From Candidatus Woesearchaeota archaeon (GTDB taxonomy: Archaea; Nanobdellota; Nanobdellia; Woesearchaeales; GW2011-AR4), in assembly GCA_016187495.1 (NCBI GenBank), contig JACPJP010000012.1, forward strand, positions 17,031 through 81,030: a stretch of DNA of 64,000 bases. The letters run 5' to 3'. Below are positions 1 through 9,327 of the stretch, piece after piece. Position 1 is the stretch's first letter; each line of letters opens with the position of its first letter. The notes under the pieces were generated by a model, which saw only the letters and a program-made list of their open reading frames with translations, did no database searches and was not told where the DNA came from. The translations under genes and the position numbers were made by a program.

Positions 1-59
1 TTAGAGTTCCTTTTTCCAATGGGGATAAATAACAAATCCACAACTGTAGAAATTTTTAA

Positions 60-548
60 TTGTGGAAACCCACAAAAGTGTATGCAGATTTTTTGGCTAT
101 TTCTTCAAATCGTACTACATTAAGACTATCTCAATTTTCAAGAGAGTTAAATAAGGATGAAAATATAAAAATAGCCATTAAATTTAAAATGAATATTCAA
201 CCTAGTGGAATTTTTGCATTTCGTCATTATGAAAACAAAATAATATCTGATAGGTATACATTGAACCTAAAGTTTGGAGATAATTATGCCTGTTCATTTA
301 ATTGTTTTGAACCTATAAAGGCAATTGACCTTTATTGGAATAGTACACTTGATAGAAATATTTTACTAAAATTTAATGATGCGGAACAAAGCCATATATT
401 TAAACTACAGTCAATTAATAGTGATAACATATTCAAAAAAGATAGAGATTTAGCATTAGGTGTTTCATTACTTGTTTCATTTATTACATTATTAATTCAG
501 CAAATAATTAAAGATATTGAGGAGTGCATTAAAAATAAATCACCCTAA
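60..548 (+). CDS. hypothetical protein (162 aa), no recognisable motifs
   Basis: Intact ORF in six-frame track; Lys/Asn-rich; no conserved motif recognised. Confidence 0.35.
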   Translation: MWKPTKVYADFLAISSNRTTLRLSQFSRELNKDENIKIAIKFKMNIQPSGIFAFRHYENKIISDRYTLNLKFGDNYACSFNCFEPIKAIDLYWNSTLDRNILLKFNDAEQSHIFKLQSINSDNIFKKDRDLALGVSLLVSFITLLIQQIIKDIEECIKNKSP

Positions 549-772
549 TATTTGTCTATACCTATCTAAGAGAGTTTACTCTTTCAGCCTCTCCTTCAGC
601 CCCCTATGCTCCTCTGCTATCTCCAAAGCAGCCTATCCCCAAAATTTCTTAATGTCATTCTTCAGCAGGCGTCTTAATCTGCACTAAACTTCCAAAACAT
701 CCGTAGAAATAGTATCGGAAATCAAAAGTTTTATATATGTGTATTCACATAGTACGCATAGGGTGATGAAAA

Positions 773-991
773 ATGCCGAACATGACATTGTCTATTCCGG
801 AAGAATTGCATACTATAGTAAAGAAGCATGCTGAAATCAAGTGGAGCGAGATAGCAAGAAGAGCAATGTGGATGCAAGCCAGAAAGCTTCAGCTAATGGA
901 TACATTAGCCAGCAAAAGCAAATTTACCGAAAAGGATGTTGAAGAGCTGGACCACAAAATAAAAGCGGGGCTGCTAAAGAGGTTTGCTTAA
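773..991 (+). CDS. ribbon-helix-helix antitoxin (VapB-like)
   Basis: 72-aa ORF; N-terminal beta-strand 'MTLSIP' followed by two helices (EELHTIVKKHAE / SEIARRAMW) typical of RHH/CopG antitoxins; its stop overlaps the downstream PIN gene start (ATGA at 988-991). Confidence 0.55.
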   Translation: MPNMTLSIPEELHTIVKKHAEIKWSEIARRAMWMQARKLQLMDTLASKSKFTEKDVEELDHKIKAGLLKRFA

Positions 992-1374
992 TGAGGCTGG
1001 TTGTTGACTCAAATAGAATTATCTCTGCGCTGATAAAAGAAGGTGTAAGCAGGAAAATACTTAGCTCCAAAAACATAGAATTTTTTACTGTTGGTTATAT
1101 AAAAGAAGAAATCAGCAAATACAAAGCAGTGATTATTGAGAAATCTGCTATGTCTGCCGAGGCAATTGACGCATTATTCAGTTTGGTAATGGAAAACATA
1201 AATGTTGTTCCAGAAGAAGATGTTAAATTGAAGATGAAAGAGGCTCTTAATATCATGAAAGGCATCGATGCAAAAGATGCTCCGTTTATAGCGGCTGCTT
1301 TGGCAATGCCCAATGATGGAATATGGTCGCATGACAGGCATTTTGAAATGCAAAACAAAAGTATGGTTAGCTAA
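991..1374 (+). CDS. PIN-domain ribonuclease toxin (VapC-like)
   Basis: 127 aa; N-terminal 'LVVDSN' acidic motif plus later conserved D/E residues typical of the PIN fold; translationally coupled to the upstream small RHH ORF. Confidence 0.65.
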   Translation: MRLVVDSNRIISALIKEGVSRKILSSKNIEFFTVGYIKEEISKYKAVIIEKSAMSAEAIDALFSLVMENINVVPEEDVKLKMKEALNIMKGIDAKDAPFIAAALAMPNDGIWSHDRHFEMQNKSMVS

Positions 1375-1392
1375 AGACCTAATTAAATATAT

Positions 1393-3183
1393 TTAATTCA
1401 ACCTTTCTTTCAAGCCAGCATGCTCCTCTAAAATCTCCTTGGGCATCTTATCCCCAAACTTCTTAAAGAATTCTTCCTGTTTTTTTACTTCTTCATTCCA
1501 CTCTTCTTTGTCTATGCTCAACAGCTCTTCAATGTTATTCTCAGTCAGATTTATGCCCCCCATATGCATATCTTTTGCATGAGGCACATACCCAATCGCA
1601 GTTTTATTAGCATCTACTTCTTCCTTTACGCGCTGGATTATCCACTTTATTACCCTCAAATTCTCTCTAAAGCCCGGCCATAAGAAGTTTCCATTGTTAT
1701 CCGTCCTAAACCAGTTGACATGGAAAATTTTTGGCTGCTTATGGAGATTCTTTCCCATCTCTAGCCAGTGCTTAAAATAGTCCCCCATGTGATAGCCGCA
1801 GAAAGGCAGCATTGCCATTGGGTCATGCCTTATTTCCCCCACTTTTCCTTCGGCAGCGGCTGTTTTCTCTGATGCCATTGTTGCTCCAATAAAAGTCCCG
1901 TGCTGCCAGTCAAAAGACTCGTAAATCAATGGAGCAACTTTAGCTCTCCTCCCCCCAAACACTATCGCGCTTATTGGGACTCCATTTGGATTATCCCATT
2001 CGGCTGATGCGGAAGGGCATTGGCTTACATGTGCAGTAAATCTTGAGTTAGGGTGCGCTCCTTTTTCCATAGAGTCTGATTGCCAAATTTCGCCTCTCCA
2101 GTCTATGGCTTTTTTTGGCCTTTCTTCTCCACAGCCTTCCCACCAAACTGTTCCGTCTTCTTTAAGAACAACATTCGTAAAAATAGTGTTGCTTTGTAGT
2201 GTTTTCATCGCATTTGGATTTGTTTTCATGCTTGTCCCAGGCACAACTCCAAAAAATCCCGCTTCAGGATTTACTGCATATAATCTGCCGTCTTTTCCAA
2301 TGTGTATCCATGCTATATCATCCCCTACAGTCCATACCTCCCATCCTGGCATAGAATCTGGAGGTATTAGCATAGCCAAATTTGTCTTTCCGCATGCGCT
2401 TGGAAATGCTGCTGCTATGTAATAAGTTTCATTTTCGGGGGTTTTAACTCCCATTATTAGCATATGTTCCGCTAACCATCCCTCTTTCTTTCCCAAAAAG
2501 CTTGCTATCCTCAAAGCAAGGCATTTTTTGCCTAACAAAGCATTGCCTCCATAACCTGAGCCAACTGACCAAACAGCATTGTCTTCCGGGAAATGGCATA
2601 TGAATCTTCTTTTTATGTCTAAATCAGATTTGCTATGCAAACATCTCGTAAAATTATTAGTATTGCCTAGTTCTTCCCACGCTATCTTGCCCATCCTCGT
2701 CATCTTTTTCATATTTAATGCAACATAAACGCTGTCGGTCAATTGCGCCCCAACCTTACAGAACATAGAGCCTTTTGGCCCCATTAGGAATGGCACGACA
2801 TACATCGTTCTTTCTCTCATAGAGCCGTTAAATATGCCAGAAAGCTTTTCATAAGCCTCTTTCGGTGCCATCCAGTTATTTGTCGGGCCTGCATCTTCCT
2901 TGTTTTCAGTGCAGATAAATGTTAATTCCTCGGTCCTAGCAACATCATTAAGCGCTGACCTATGCAAATAGCAGCCAGGCATTTTTTTCTGGTTAAGCTC
3001 TATTAAATCCCCAACTCTTAATGCTTCCTTTACCAGCTCTTTTTCTTCCTTTTCAGAGCCGTTAAGCCATTGTATTTTATCCGGCTTGCACATGGCAGCC
3101 ATCTCATTTACCCATTTGATGACGTGCTCATTAGAAGGCATGTTTTCTTTTTCAATAAATTTTCCATTACGGATTTGTTCCAT
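1393..3183 (-). CDS. pckG: phosphoenolpyruvate carboxykinase (GTP)
   Basis: 596 aa; strong full-length similarity to GTP-dependent PEPCK (P-loop 'GSGYGGNALLGKKC', 'CGKTN' kinase-1a motif, C-terminal nucleotide-binding region). Confidence 0.93.
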   Translation of the reverse strand: MEQIRNGKFIEKENMPSNEHVIKWVNEMAAMCKPDKIQWLNGSEKEEKELVKEALRVGDLIELNQKKMPGCYLHRSALNDVARTEELTFICTENKEDAGPTNNWMAPKEAYEKLSGIFNGSMRERTMYVVPFLMGPKGSMFCKVGAQLTDSVYVALNMKKMTRMGKIAWEELGNTNNFTRCLHSKSDLDIKRRFICHFPEDNAVWSVGSGYGGNALLGKKCLALRIASFLGKKEGWLAEHMLIMGVKTPENETYYIAAAFPSACGKTNLAMLIPPDSMPGWEVWTVGDDIAWIHIGKDGRLYAVNPEAGFFGVVPGTSMKTNPNAMKTLQSNTIFTNVVLKEDGTVWWEGCGEERPKKAIDWRGEIWQSDSMEKGAHPNSRFTAHVSQCPSASAEWDNPNGVPISAIVFGGRRAKVAPLIYESFDWQHGTFIGATMASEKTAAAEGKVGEIRHDPMAMLPFCGYHMGDYFKHWLEMGKNLHKQPKIFHVNWFRTDNNGNFLWPGFRENLRVIKWIIQRVKEEVDANKTAIGYVPHAKDMHMGGINLTENNIEELLSIDKEEWNEEVKKQEEFFKKFGDKMPKEILEEHAGLKERLN

Positions 3184-3227
3184 TTTATTGATATGTTTTA
3201 TTAGTTTTAAATTATAATGAAATAAAA

Positions 3228-4418
3228 TTATAGTAATCTCCCCTTAACCCATCTTTCCATCCTGTCCATTCCTTGCTCTATGTCTTCCATAGAAGAGGCA
3301 TAGCTCAGTCTTATATGCTTGTCAGAACCGAAAGCGCTGCCAGGAACTACCGCAACCAAAGCCTCTTCCAGCAGCTTGGAAGCAAATTCCATTGAGCTCA
3401 TTTTTGTTTCGCTTATATCTGGAAAAGCATAGAAAGCCCCTTCAGGCTCTACACAACTTACCCCATTCATCTCATTTAGCCTTTTATGCATGAATTTTCT
3501 CCTTTCGTCAAATGCCATTATCATTTCCTTGACGCTGTCTTGCGGCCCATTCAAAGCCTCTAAAGCAGCCATCTGCGCTATATTGGAGATATTGCTTGTT
3601 GAATGGCTCTGCAAATTCTCTGTGCCCTTGATTATTTCCTTATTTGCGCCGCAATATCCTACCCTCCAACCAGTCATGGCATATGTCTTTGAAAAGGAAT
3701 TTGCAGTCACTGTCAGATTTTTAATTTTATCATTCAATGATGCTATGCTTACTCTATCTTTTTTGCCGTAAACGAAATACTCATAAACCTCATCAGCCAC
3801 AACGTAAAAATTATGCTCGACAGCGAGTTTTGCAATCTTCTCAATTTCATTTTTGTCTACTATCGCTCCGCTTGGATTGCTTGGGCTGTTTAAAATCAGC
3901 ATTTTTGTCTTAGGAGTTATTTTTTCCTCAACATCTTTGGCTGTTAATTTAAAGTGGCTATCGGTATTGCAGAAAACAGCCTTTGCCCCAGTCAGCTTGA
4001 TTATTTCCTCAAAGCTTACCCAATACGGCACTGGCAGAATAGCTTCATCATCTTCGTTAAGTATCGCCATTGCGATGTTATACAGCACATGTTTTCCACC
4101 GGCGCATACAACAACTTCAGAAGCGTCATATTTTATTTTGTTTACTTCCCTAAATTTTTTTGCAATGGCTTCCCTCAGCTCTGGAATTCCCCCTATAGGG
4201 GTGTATCTTGTGATATTTTTGTCAATTGCTTTCTTTGCGGCCTCTTTTATGTTCTCGGGTGTATTAAAATCCGGCTCCCCAGCCCCGAAATTAAGCACAT
4301 TTTTGCCTTCTTTCTTGAGTTGCTTGGCTTTTGCATCTACAGCCAGCGTAGCGCTTGGCGCAATATTACCTACCCTTTCAGATATCAATCGAACCACCTG
4401 TTTTTCGGGAAATTTCAC
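3228..4418 (-). CDS. aspartate/aromatic aminotransferase (PLP fold type I)
   Basis: 396 aa; 'SFSKTYAMTGWRVGY' PLP-lysine motif and overall AAT class I architecture. Confidence 0.88.
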   Translation of the reverse strand: MKFPEKQVVRLISERVGNIAPSATLAVDAKAKQLKKEGKNVLNFGAGEPDFNTPENIKEAAKKAIDKNITRYTPIGGIPELREAIAKKFREVNKIKYDASEVVVCAGGKHVLYNIAMAILNEDDEAILPVPYWVSFEEIIKLTGAKAVFCNTDSHFKLTAKDVEEKITPKTKMLILNSPSNPSGAIVDKNEIEKIAKLAVEHNFYVVADEVYEYFVYGKKDRVSIASLNDKIKNLTVTANSFSKTYAMTGWRVGYCGANKEIIKGTENLQSHSTSNISNIAQMAALEALNGPQDSVKEMIMAFDERRKFMHKRLNEMNGVSCVEPEGAFYAFPDISETKMSSMEFASKLLEEALVAVVPGSAFGSDKHIRLSYASSMEDIEQGMDRMERWVKGRLL

Positions 4419-4980
4419 CTATATTAATACCTTTTGTCGTATTTATAACAATTGCCCTATGCACCCTTTCCTTAGCCTCATTTAAGCAGATGTCAAATAT
4501 CTCAGCATCAAGGTTTTCCCTTATTTTTTGTTTAGAATAATTTTTCTTCTTTAGTCTCCTTTCAAGCTCCTTTAGGTCGCACTTCGTTATAATGCATAGA
4601 TTGACATACTTTTTCGGCAAATAATGGGAAAGGTGGGAGTCAATAATTATGCCATTTTTTACATTTTTGTTATTTTTAACAGATTTAGTTTTATTGTTCT
4701 TTTTTATTGGTTTTTTAATATTGTAAAAGATTTTTATTGGATCGCCTTTAATTGAATTCTTATTTTTTTTAATATTGCTTATTTCTTTAATCAATGCCCT
4801 ATTCAGCTTTTTAACATCAACAATCTTCGTCTTTCTTTTTTTGTCATAGCCCTCGGACAATCTGTATTTTTTAATTGTCTCGTTGACATCTAAATAGTAA
4901 AAGTTGAGTTTTTTTGCCAGTTTTTTTGATAATGTTGTTTTTCCAGTTCCAGGTGTTCCACTAACAATTACGACTTTCAT
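4378..4980 (-). CDS. P-loop nucleoside/adenylate kinase, Fap7/AK6-like, with ~45-aa Lys/Asn-rich insertion
   Basis: Walker A 'GTPGTGKTT' at N-terminus and a short kinase core; large low-complexity K/N-rich internal insert; overlaps the aspartate aminotransferase 3' end by 41 nt. Confidence 0.55.
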   Translation of the reverse strand: MKVVIVSGTPGTGKTTLSKKLAKKLNFYYLDVNETIKKYRLSEGYDKKRKTKIVDVKKLNRALIKEISNIKKNKNSIKGDPIKIFYNIKKPIKKNNKTKSVKNNKNVKNGIIIDSHLSHYLPKKYVNLCIITKCDLKELERRLKKKNYSKQKIRENLDAEIFDICLNEAKERVHRAIVINTTKGINIGEISRKTGGSIDI

Positions 4981-5073
4981 AATATAAGGTTAATACTGGC
5001 AATTTTTAAGTGTTGCTCATTTTTAAGCCAAAAACAAAAATATTTTTAAATCAAATAATATTAAGTTTCCCTG

Positions 5074-5475
5074 ATGCAGGAAGTAATCTCTATATCTACG
5101 TCTAAAAGGCAGGAATTGATTGACATAACCAACAAGGTTGAGGCAGTAGTAAAAAAATCTAAGGTAAAAGAAGGTTTATGCAGTATCTTTGCAATGCACG
5201 CTACCGCTGCAATAATAATAAATGAGAATGCCGACCCTAATATATGCCTTGATCTCATAGACTCCTTAAATGGGCTTATTCCAAGAGGGAAATGGATGCA
5301 TGATAAATTGGATGGAAATGCAGATGCACACATAAAATCGTCAATATTAGGCCCTTCTGAAACTGTACCAATAAAAGATAATCGGCTGCAATTGGGAACG
5401 TGGCAAGCTATCATGTTTTGCGAGAATGACGGACCGAGAGACAGGAAAGTTATTGTAAGCATAATCGGTGATTAA
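5074..5475 (+). CDS. YjbQ/UPF0047 family protein (secondary thiamine-phosphate synthase-like)
   Basis: 133 aa; characteristic YjbQ length and motifs (CSIFAMHATAAIIINENADP...HIKSSILGPS). Confidence 0.75.
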   Translation: MQEVISISTSKRQELIDITNKVEAVVKKSKVKEGLCSIFAMHATAAIIINENADPNICLDLIDSLNGLIPRGKWMHDKLDGNADAHIKSSILGPSETVPIKDNRLQLGTWQAIMFCENDGPRDRKVIVSIIGD

Positions 5476-5931
5476 ATGCTGTGCGACATGTGCGGAAATC
5501 CGGGAAAGCTGTTTAAGACAATAGTTGAAGGTACAGAGTTAAGTGTGTGCCAAGAATGCAGCAGATTTGGCAAGGTTATCAGTGTCATAGAGCCTAGTGC
5601 TGCCAAGCCATCAGCAAAAACCGAAAGTGAAGAGCCTGAAACTGAGATTATGGACATTTTGGTTGAGGATTACGCTGAAAAAATAAGGAAAAAAAGGGAA
5701 AGCTTAGGCCTTAACCAGGAAGAATTTGCAAAAAAGCTAAACGAGAAAGAGTCTGTCGTGCAGAAGATAGAATCAGGCCATTTTGAGCCCCCCATAGGCC
5801 TTGCAAAAAAAATTTCAAGGATACTGCAGATTAAGCTTGTTGAGGAGTATGAAGAAAGGCATGAGAAGCAGCCTAGGCCCAAAGTTGAGGGCTTTACATT
5901 AGGGGACTTCATCAAAATAAAGGAAAAATAA
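5476..5931 (+). CDS. MBF1-type transcription factor (N-terminal Zn ribbon + HTH_XRE)
   Basis: CxxC...CxxC ribbon (CDMCG...CQEC) followed by an HTH 'LGLNQEEFAKKLNEKESVVQKIESG'; archaeal MBF1 architecture; start overlaps the YjbQ stop. Confidence 0.78.
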   Translation: MLCDMCGNPGKLFKTIVEGTELSVCQECSRFGKVISVIEPSAAKPSAKTESEEPETEIMDILVEDYAEKIRKKRESLGLNQEEFAKKLNEKESVVQKIESGHFEPPIGLAKKISRILQIKLVEEYEERHEKQPRPKVEGFTLGDFIKIKEK

Positions 5932-5975
5932 TATAAAGCTTTAAATATGCTTATTTCTTAAAGAAAGTTAGGAAA

Positions 5976-7214
5976 ATGATGCTTGGGTACTCTATACTGG
6001 TGCATATAGTATGGTTTCTTTCAACCTATTTTATTGTAGTTTTCTTGCTAACATTGCTGAAAAACAAGAGCAATCTTTACAAATCCCCGGAATTCAGCAA
6101 AAATGATGCGCTACCAAAGGTAAGCATAGTTATTTCAGCATACAATGAGGAGGAGAAGATAGCAGAGTCCATAGAATCCCTGAAGACCATAGACTACCCT
6201 AAAGAGATGTATGAGGTAATTATCGTAAATGACGGCAGCGAAGACAATACAAAGAATATTGTACTTAAATATGCAGATGGGAAAAACATCACATTTATTG
6301 ATAACACGGAAAATAAGGGAAAGGCCGCGTGCCTTAATCAGGGCATTAAAATAGCAAAAGGGGACTATGTTGCATGCATGGATGCCGATTCCACAGTTTC
6401 AAAAGATATCCTTAGGAAAACAACCCCATATTTCAAAGACAGTAAAACAGGCGCAGTCACAGTGTCTGTGGAAGTTAAGAATGCGAATAATTTCTTGCAG
6501 AGAATAATACAGATGGAATACATGCTGGGCCTTTCGCTTTTTTTAAAGGTCTTTTCGTCTTTTAACTGCGTGCACGTTACCCCAGGGCCGTTTTCCATAT
6601 ACAGGAAATCCGTGCTTGAGAAGATAGGCTATTTTGATAAAGGCAATATAACTGAGGACCTTGAGATAGCATATAGAATTCATAAATCTGGGTTTAATAT
6701 AAGGAATTGCATGAGCACGCACGTTAAGACTGTAACCCCGGACAACGTAAAATCGCTCTACAGGCAGAGAAGAAGATGGTATTCTGGGGCTTTAATTACG
6801 CTATGGCAGCACAAGGATATTTTGCTTAAGAGAAATGCTGGCTTGTTTGGATACTTTATCCCTTATAACTATTCCTTGATAACGTTTGGGTTAGGGCTTT
6901 TTTTATTATCCACTTACCTTACTATTTCCAATGCAATAAAAAACATATCATTATATGCTTTTACAAACTATAATTTCTTTTCTAACCTTAGCCTGAATTT
7001 TGATCTGCTTTCATTAAGCATATTTGGAATTTTCGGCTTGTCAGGGATAATAGGTATGATTATGTTGGTTACAGTCGGACTAAAGACCATAAGAAACAGC
7101 CCAAGAAAAAACCCTTCATTATACTTTGGATATTTTCTGCTTTTCTTCATGTATCAGGCTTTCTGGCTTGCCTCATTTTTCCTTGTCCTGTTCAGGAGAA
7201 AGGTAAAATGGTGA
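5976..7214 (+). CDS. processive family-2 glycosyltransferase (synthase type, QxxRW motif)
   Basis: N-terminal TM helix, GT-A core (VSIVISAYNEE, NDGSEDNT, DADS), 'QRRRW' processivity motif and C-terminal multi-TM region, as in chitin/cellulose/NodC-type synthases. Confidence 0.8.
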   Translation: MMLGYSILVHIVWFLSTYFIVVFLLTLLKNKSNLYKSPEFSKNDALPKVSIVISAYNEEEKIAESIESLKTIDYPKEMYEVIIVNDGSEDNTKNIVLKYADGKNITFIDNTENKGKAACLNQGIKIAKGDYVACMDADSTVSKDILRKTTPYFKDSKTGAVTVSVEVKNANNFLQRIIQMEYMLGLSLFLKVFSSFNCVHVTPGPFSIYRKSVLEKIGYFDKGNITEDLEIAYRIHKSGFNIRNCMSTHVKTVTPDNVKSLYRQRRRWYSGALITLWQHKDILLKRNAGLFGYFIPYNYSLITFGLGLFLLSTYLTISNAIKNISLYAFTNYNFFSNLSLNFDLLSLSIFGIFGLSGIIGMIMLVTVGLKTIRNSPRKNPSLYFGYFLLFFMYQAFWLASFFLVLFRRKVKW

Positions 7215-7888
7215 CTAACAAGGGAATTTTTATCATAGCCGCTGTCATTACTGTAATGCTTTTTATCTCCATTTATTCGTTCAACCTATTTCTTAACACA
7301 CAAAGAGAGCGCGTTGTTGTAGAGAGAATGAAAGACGTGCTTGAGGAATACCAGGAGATACAAGCCCTTTCACTTATGTCAGATGTTTTTGGAAAAGATA
7401 TGACGTGCCTGTCTCTGGAAAGCAGGCTAGCCCAGATGGACAAGACATTATGGGATACGGGAGTAAAGATAGACCGCTATAGGGAAGCAACGGAGAAATT
7501 CATAACAGACCCGTTCTATCTCGACCAAAAAAGGAAGTTCAACAGGAATGAAATAATATATTTTTCATTATTGCAAAACATGAAGCAGTGGTGCACCTTC
7601 AACCAGACAACTATACTCTATTTTTACAAGAAGAAGGAAGAATGCCCTTGGTGTGATGCGCAAGCATTTGTTTTGACTGACTTAAACAAGGAAATTGACT
7701 CTGAGATAGCTATATTCTCCTTTGATTCTGATTTAGGGCTTCCTTCCATAAGGACCCTTGAGCTGTTTTATAAGATAGATTCCTACCCATGCACAGTCAT
7801 AGAAGACAGCACTTACTGCGGCTTACACGACAAGAATGAAATGATTGACCTTCTTTGCAAGCATGAGGATATTTCGTTATGCTCCTAG
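7208..7888 (+). CDS. hypothetical membrane-anchored protein with Cys-rich C-terminal region
   Basis: 226 aa; single N-terminal TM helix; translationally coupled to the upstream GT2 synthase; several conserved-looking Cys residues (CPWCD, CGLHD, CKHEDISLC). Confidence 0.45.
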   Translation: MVTNKGIFIIAAVITVMLFISIYSFNLFLNTQRERVVVERMKDVLEEYQEIQALSLMSDVFGKDMTCLSLESRLAQMDKTLWDTGVKIDRYREATEKFITDPFYLDQKRKFNRNEIIYFSLLQNMKQWCTFNQTTILYFYKKKEECPWCDAQAFVLTDLNKEIDSEIAIFSFDSDLGLPSIRTLELFYKIDSYPCTVIEDSTYCGLHDKNEMIDLLCKHEDISLCS

Positions 7889-7924
7889 AAACAATTAAAA
7901 AAGAATGTTCTTTCATATTATGAT

Positions 7925-9301
7925 ATGGTATCTTTACTGAAAAACCATAATGCATTCCTATTCCTTTTCTTTATCTTCCTTATCATAAAATTATTTTCTC
8001 TTTTTGTTGTTGCCGACGTATGGTGGGACTCTGCCGTTTATCTTGGCATGGGAAAATATATCTATTCCCTTGGAGAAATTGGTTTGTGGGAAGACTCAAG
8101 GCCATTAATATGGCCATTGATTTTGGGCTTTTTCTGGAAAATTGGATTAGATGCGATATTTTTTGGCAAATTATTGGTTGTATTGTTCAGCCTTGGAATA
8201 TTGACCATTACATACCTCATTGCTCTTGACGTTTTTAACAAAAAAGTTGCGATTATTTCTGCATTATTTCTTGCTTTTTCCCAAACATTCTTTTTGTTTA
8301 GCAATATCTTGCATGCGGAAATTCCTTCCACATTCTTCATTCTGTTAGGATTCTATTGTTTTTTAAGGAAAAAATACAGCTTATCAGGATTGTTTTTGGG
8401 TATAGCCTTCATGGCAAGGTTTTTCCAGCTATTTGCCTTTATCCCCCTTGCTTTGATTTTATTTTATTTGTTTATCAGAAAGAAAATGTCTTATAAGGGA
8501 TTATTTTATTTCTCATTGTTCTTTCTTATTCCAACTATTCCTTATTTTATCTTAAACCAGTTCCTTTACGGGAATATATTACATCCATTTTTGTTGCAGT
8601 CTTTCATGACTAAATATACTGGGTGGGTATTCTACCAGCCGTTTTATTTTTATTTCGTTAGCCTAGTCAAGGAAAACGTTTTGGTTTTGTTCTCGATAAT
8701 CGCATTAGTATTTATTTTTAAGAGGCCTTCATTAAAGTCGTTTTCATTGGCATTGTTGTTTTTATTCCTTTTCGTTCCATATAATTTAGTTGCCCACAAG
8801 GAAATGAGGCTGTTGATACCTGCACTACCTTTTTTGTATATTTTAACCGGTTACGGCTTATTTTATTTCATAAATGCGTTTAAGAAAAATAAAAATTTGC
8901 TATTGTCGTTGTTATTGGTTATTTTTTTAGTGCTGAGCATCCCTAATGTAAAATTTGATAAATATGAAGATAACCTTGATTTGTTTTATAATTATATGAA
9001 TAATGAAGAAATAAAAGATGGCCTTTGGATATCAAATCCCTCTTTCATAGCTTACTCCAACAAAAAGGCAGAGCTAATTTATTATCCGTTGTATAATTCG
9101 GAGAAAATTGATGATTTGGCTACTGATTTAAATAATGCGAATCGCGTTTTGATAAATACCTGCGACATTCCATGCCCCCCGTATGATTTATCTTGCGAAC
9201 AAAAACATATGGGTTTTCTTAATCTCCTCAAAAAAGAGTTTATGTTAATATTGCAAGAAAAACACGGTTCCTGCGAGTATTACATTTTTGGACAAAATTA
9301 A
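7925..9301 (+). CDS. GT-C family membrane glycosyltransferase (ArnT/PMT-like)
   Basis: 458 aa; >10 predicted TM helices with an N-terminal acidic 'DSAVY' loop motif typical of GT-C enzymes; soluble C-terminal domain. Confidence 0.55.
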   Translation: MVSLLKNHNAFLFLFFIFLIIKLFSLFVVADVWWDSAVYLGMGKYIYSLGEIGLWEDSRPLIWPLILGFFWKIGLDAIFFGKLLVVLFSLGILTITYLIALDVFNKKVAIISALFLAFSQTFFLFSNILHAEIPSTFFILLGFYCFLRKKYSLSGLFLGIAFMARFFQLFAFIPLALILFYLFIRKKMSYKGLFYFSLFFLIPTIPYFILNQFLYGNILHPFLLQSFMTKYTGWVFYQPFYFYFVSLVKENVLVLFSIIALVFIFKRPSLKSFSLALLFLFLFVPYNLVAHKEMRLLIPALPFLYILTGYGLFYFINAFKKNKNLLLSLLLVIFLVLSIPNVKFDKYEDNLDLFYNYMNNEEIKDGLWISNPSFIAYSNKKAELIYYPLYNSEKIDDLATDLNNANRVLINTCDIPCPPYDLSCEQKHMGFLNLLKKEFMLILQEKHGSCEYYIFGQN

Positions 9302-9327
9302 TAAATTGTTCTTTATTTCCTTGGAAT

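Noticed and set aside
549-772. Comparatively GC-richer intergenic stretch (cctctccttcagccccctatgctcctctgc…) considered as a possible tRNA or small RNA
   Set aside because: No cloverleaf, T-loop (GTTCRANYC) or acceptor-stem complementarity could be found by eye; no repeat copy elsewhere in the window.
1095-1358. 87-aa ORF on the minus strand inside the PIN toxin gene, and the many similar antisense ORFs listed in the six-frame track (e.g. 2105-2422, 3490-3771, 3853-4485, 17218-17680, 21651-22107, 23371-23840)
   Set aside because: They lie fully within confidently assigned genes, are rich in Leu/Ser/Phe typical of antisense frames of AT-rich coding DNA, and have no motifs; judged shadow ORFs.
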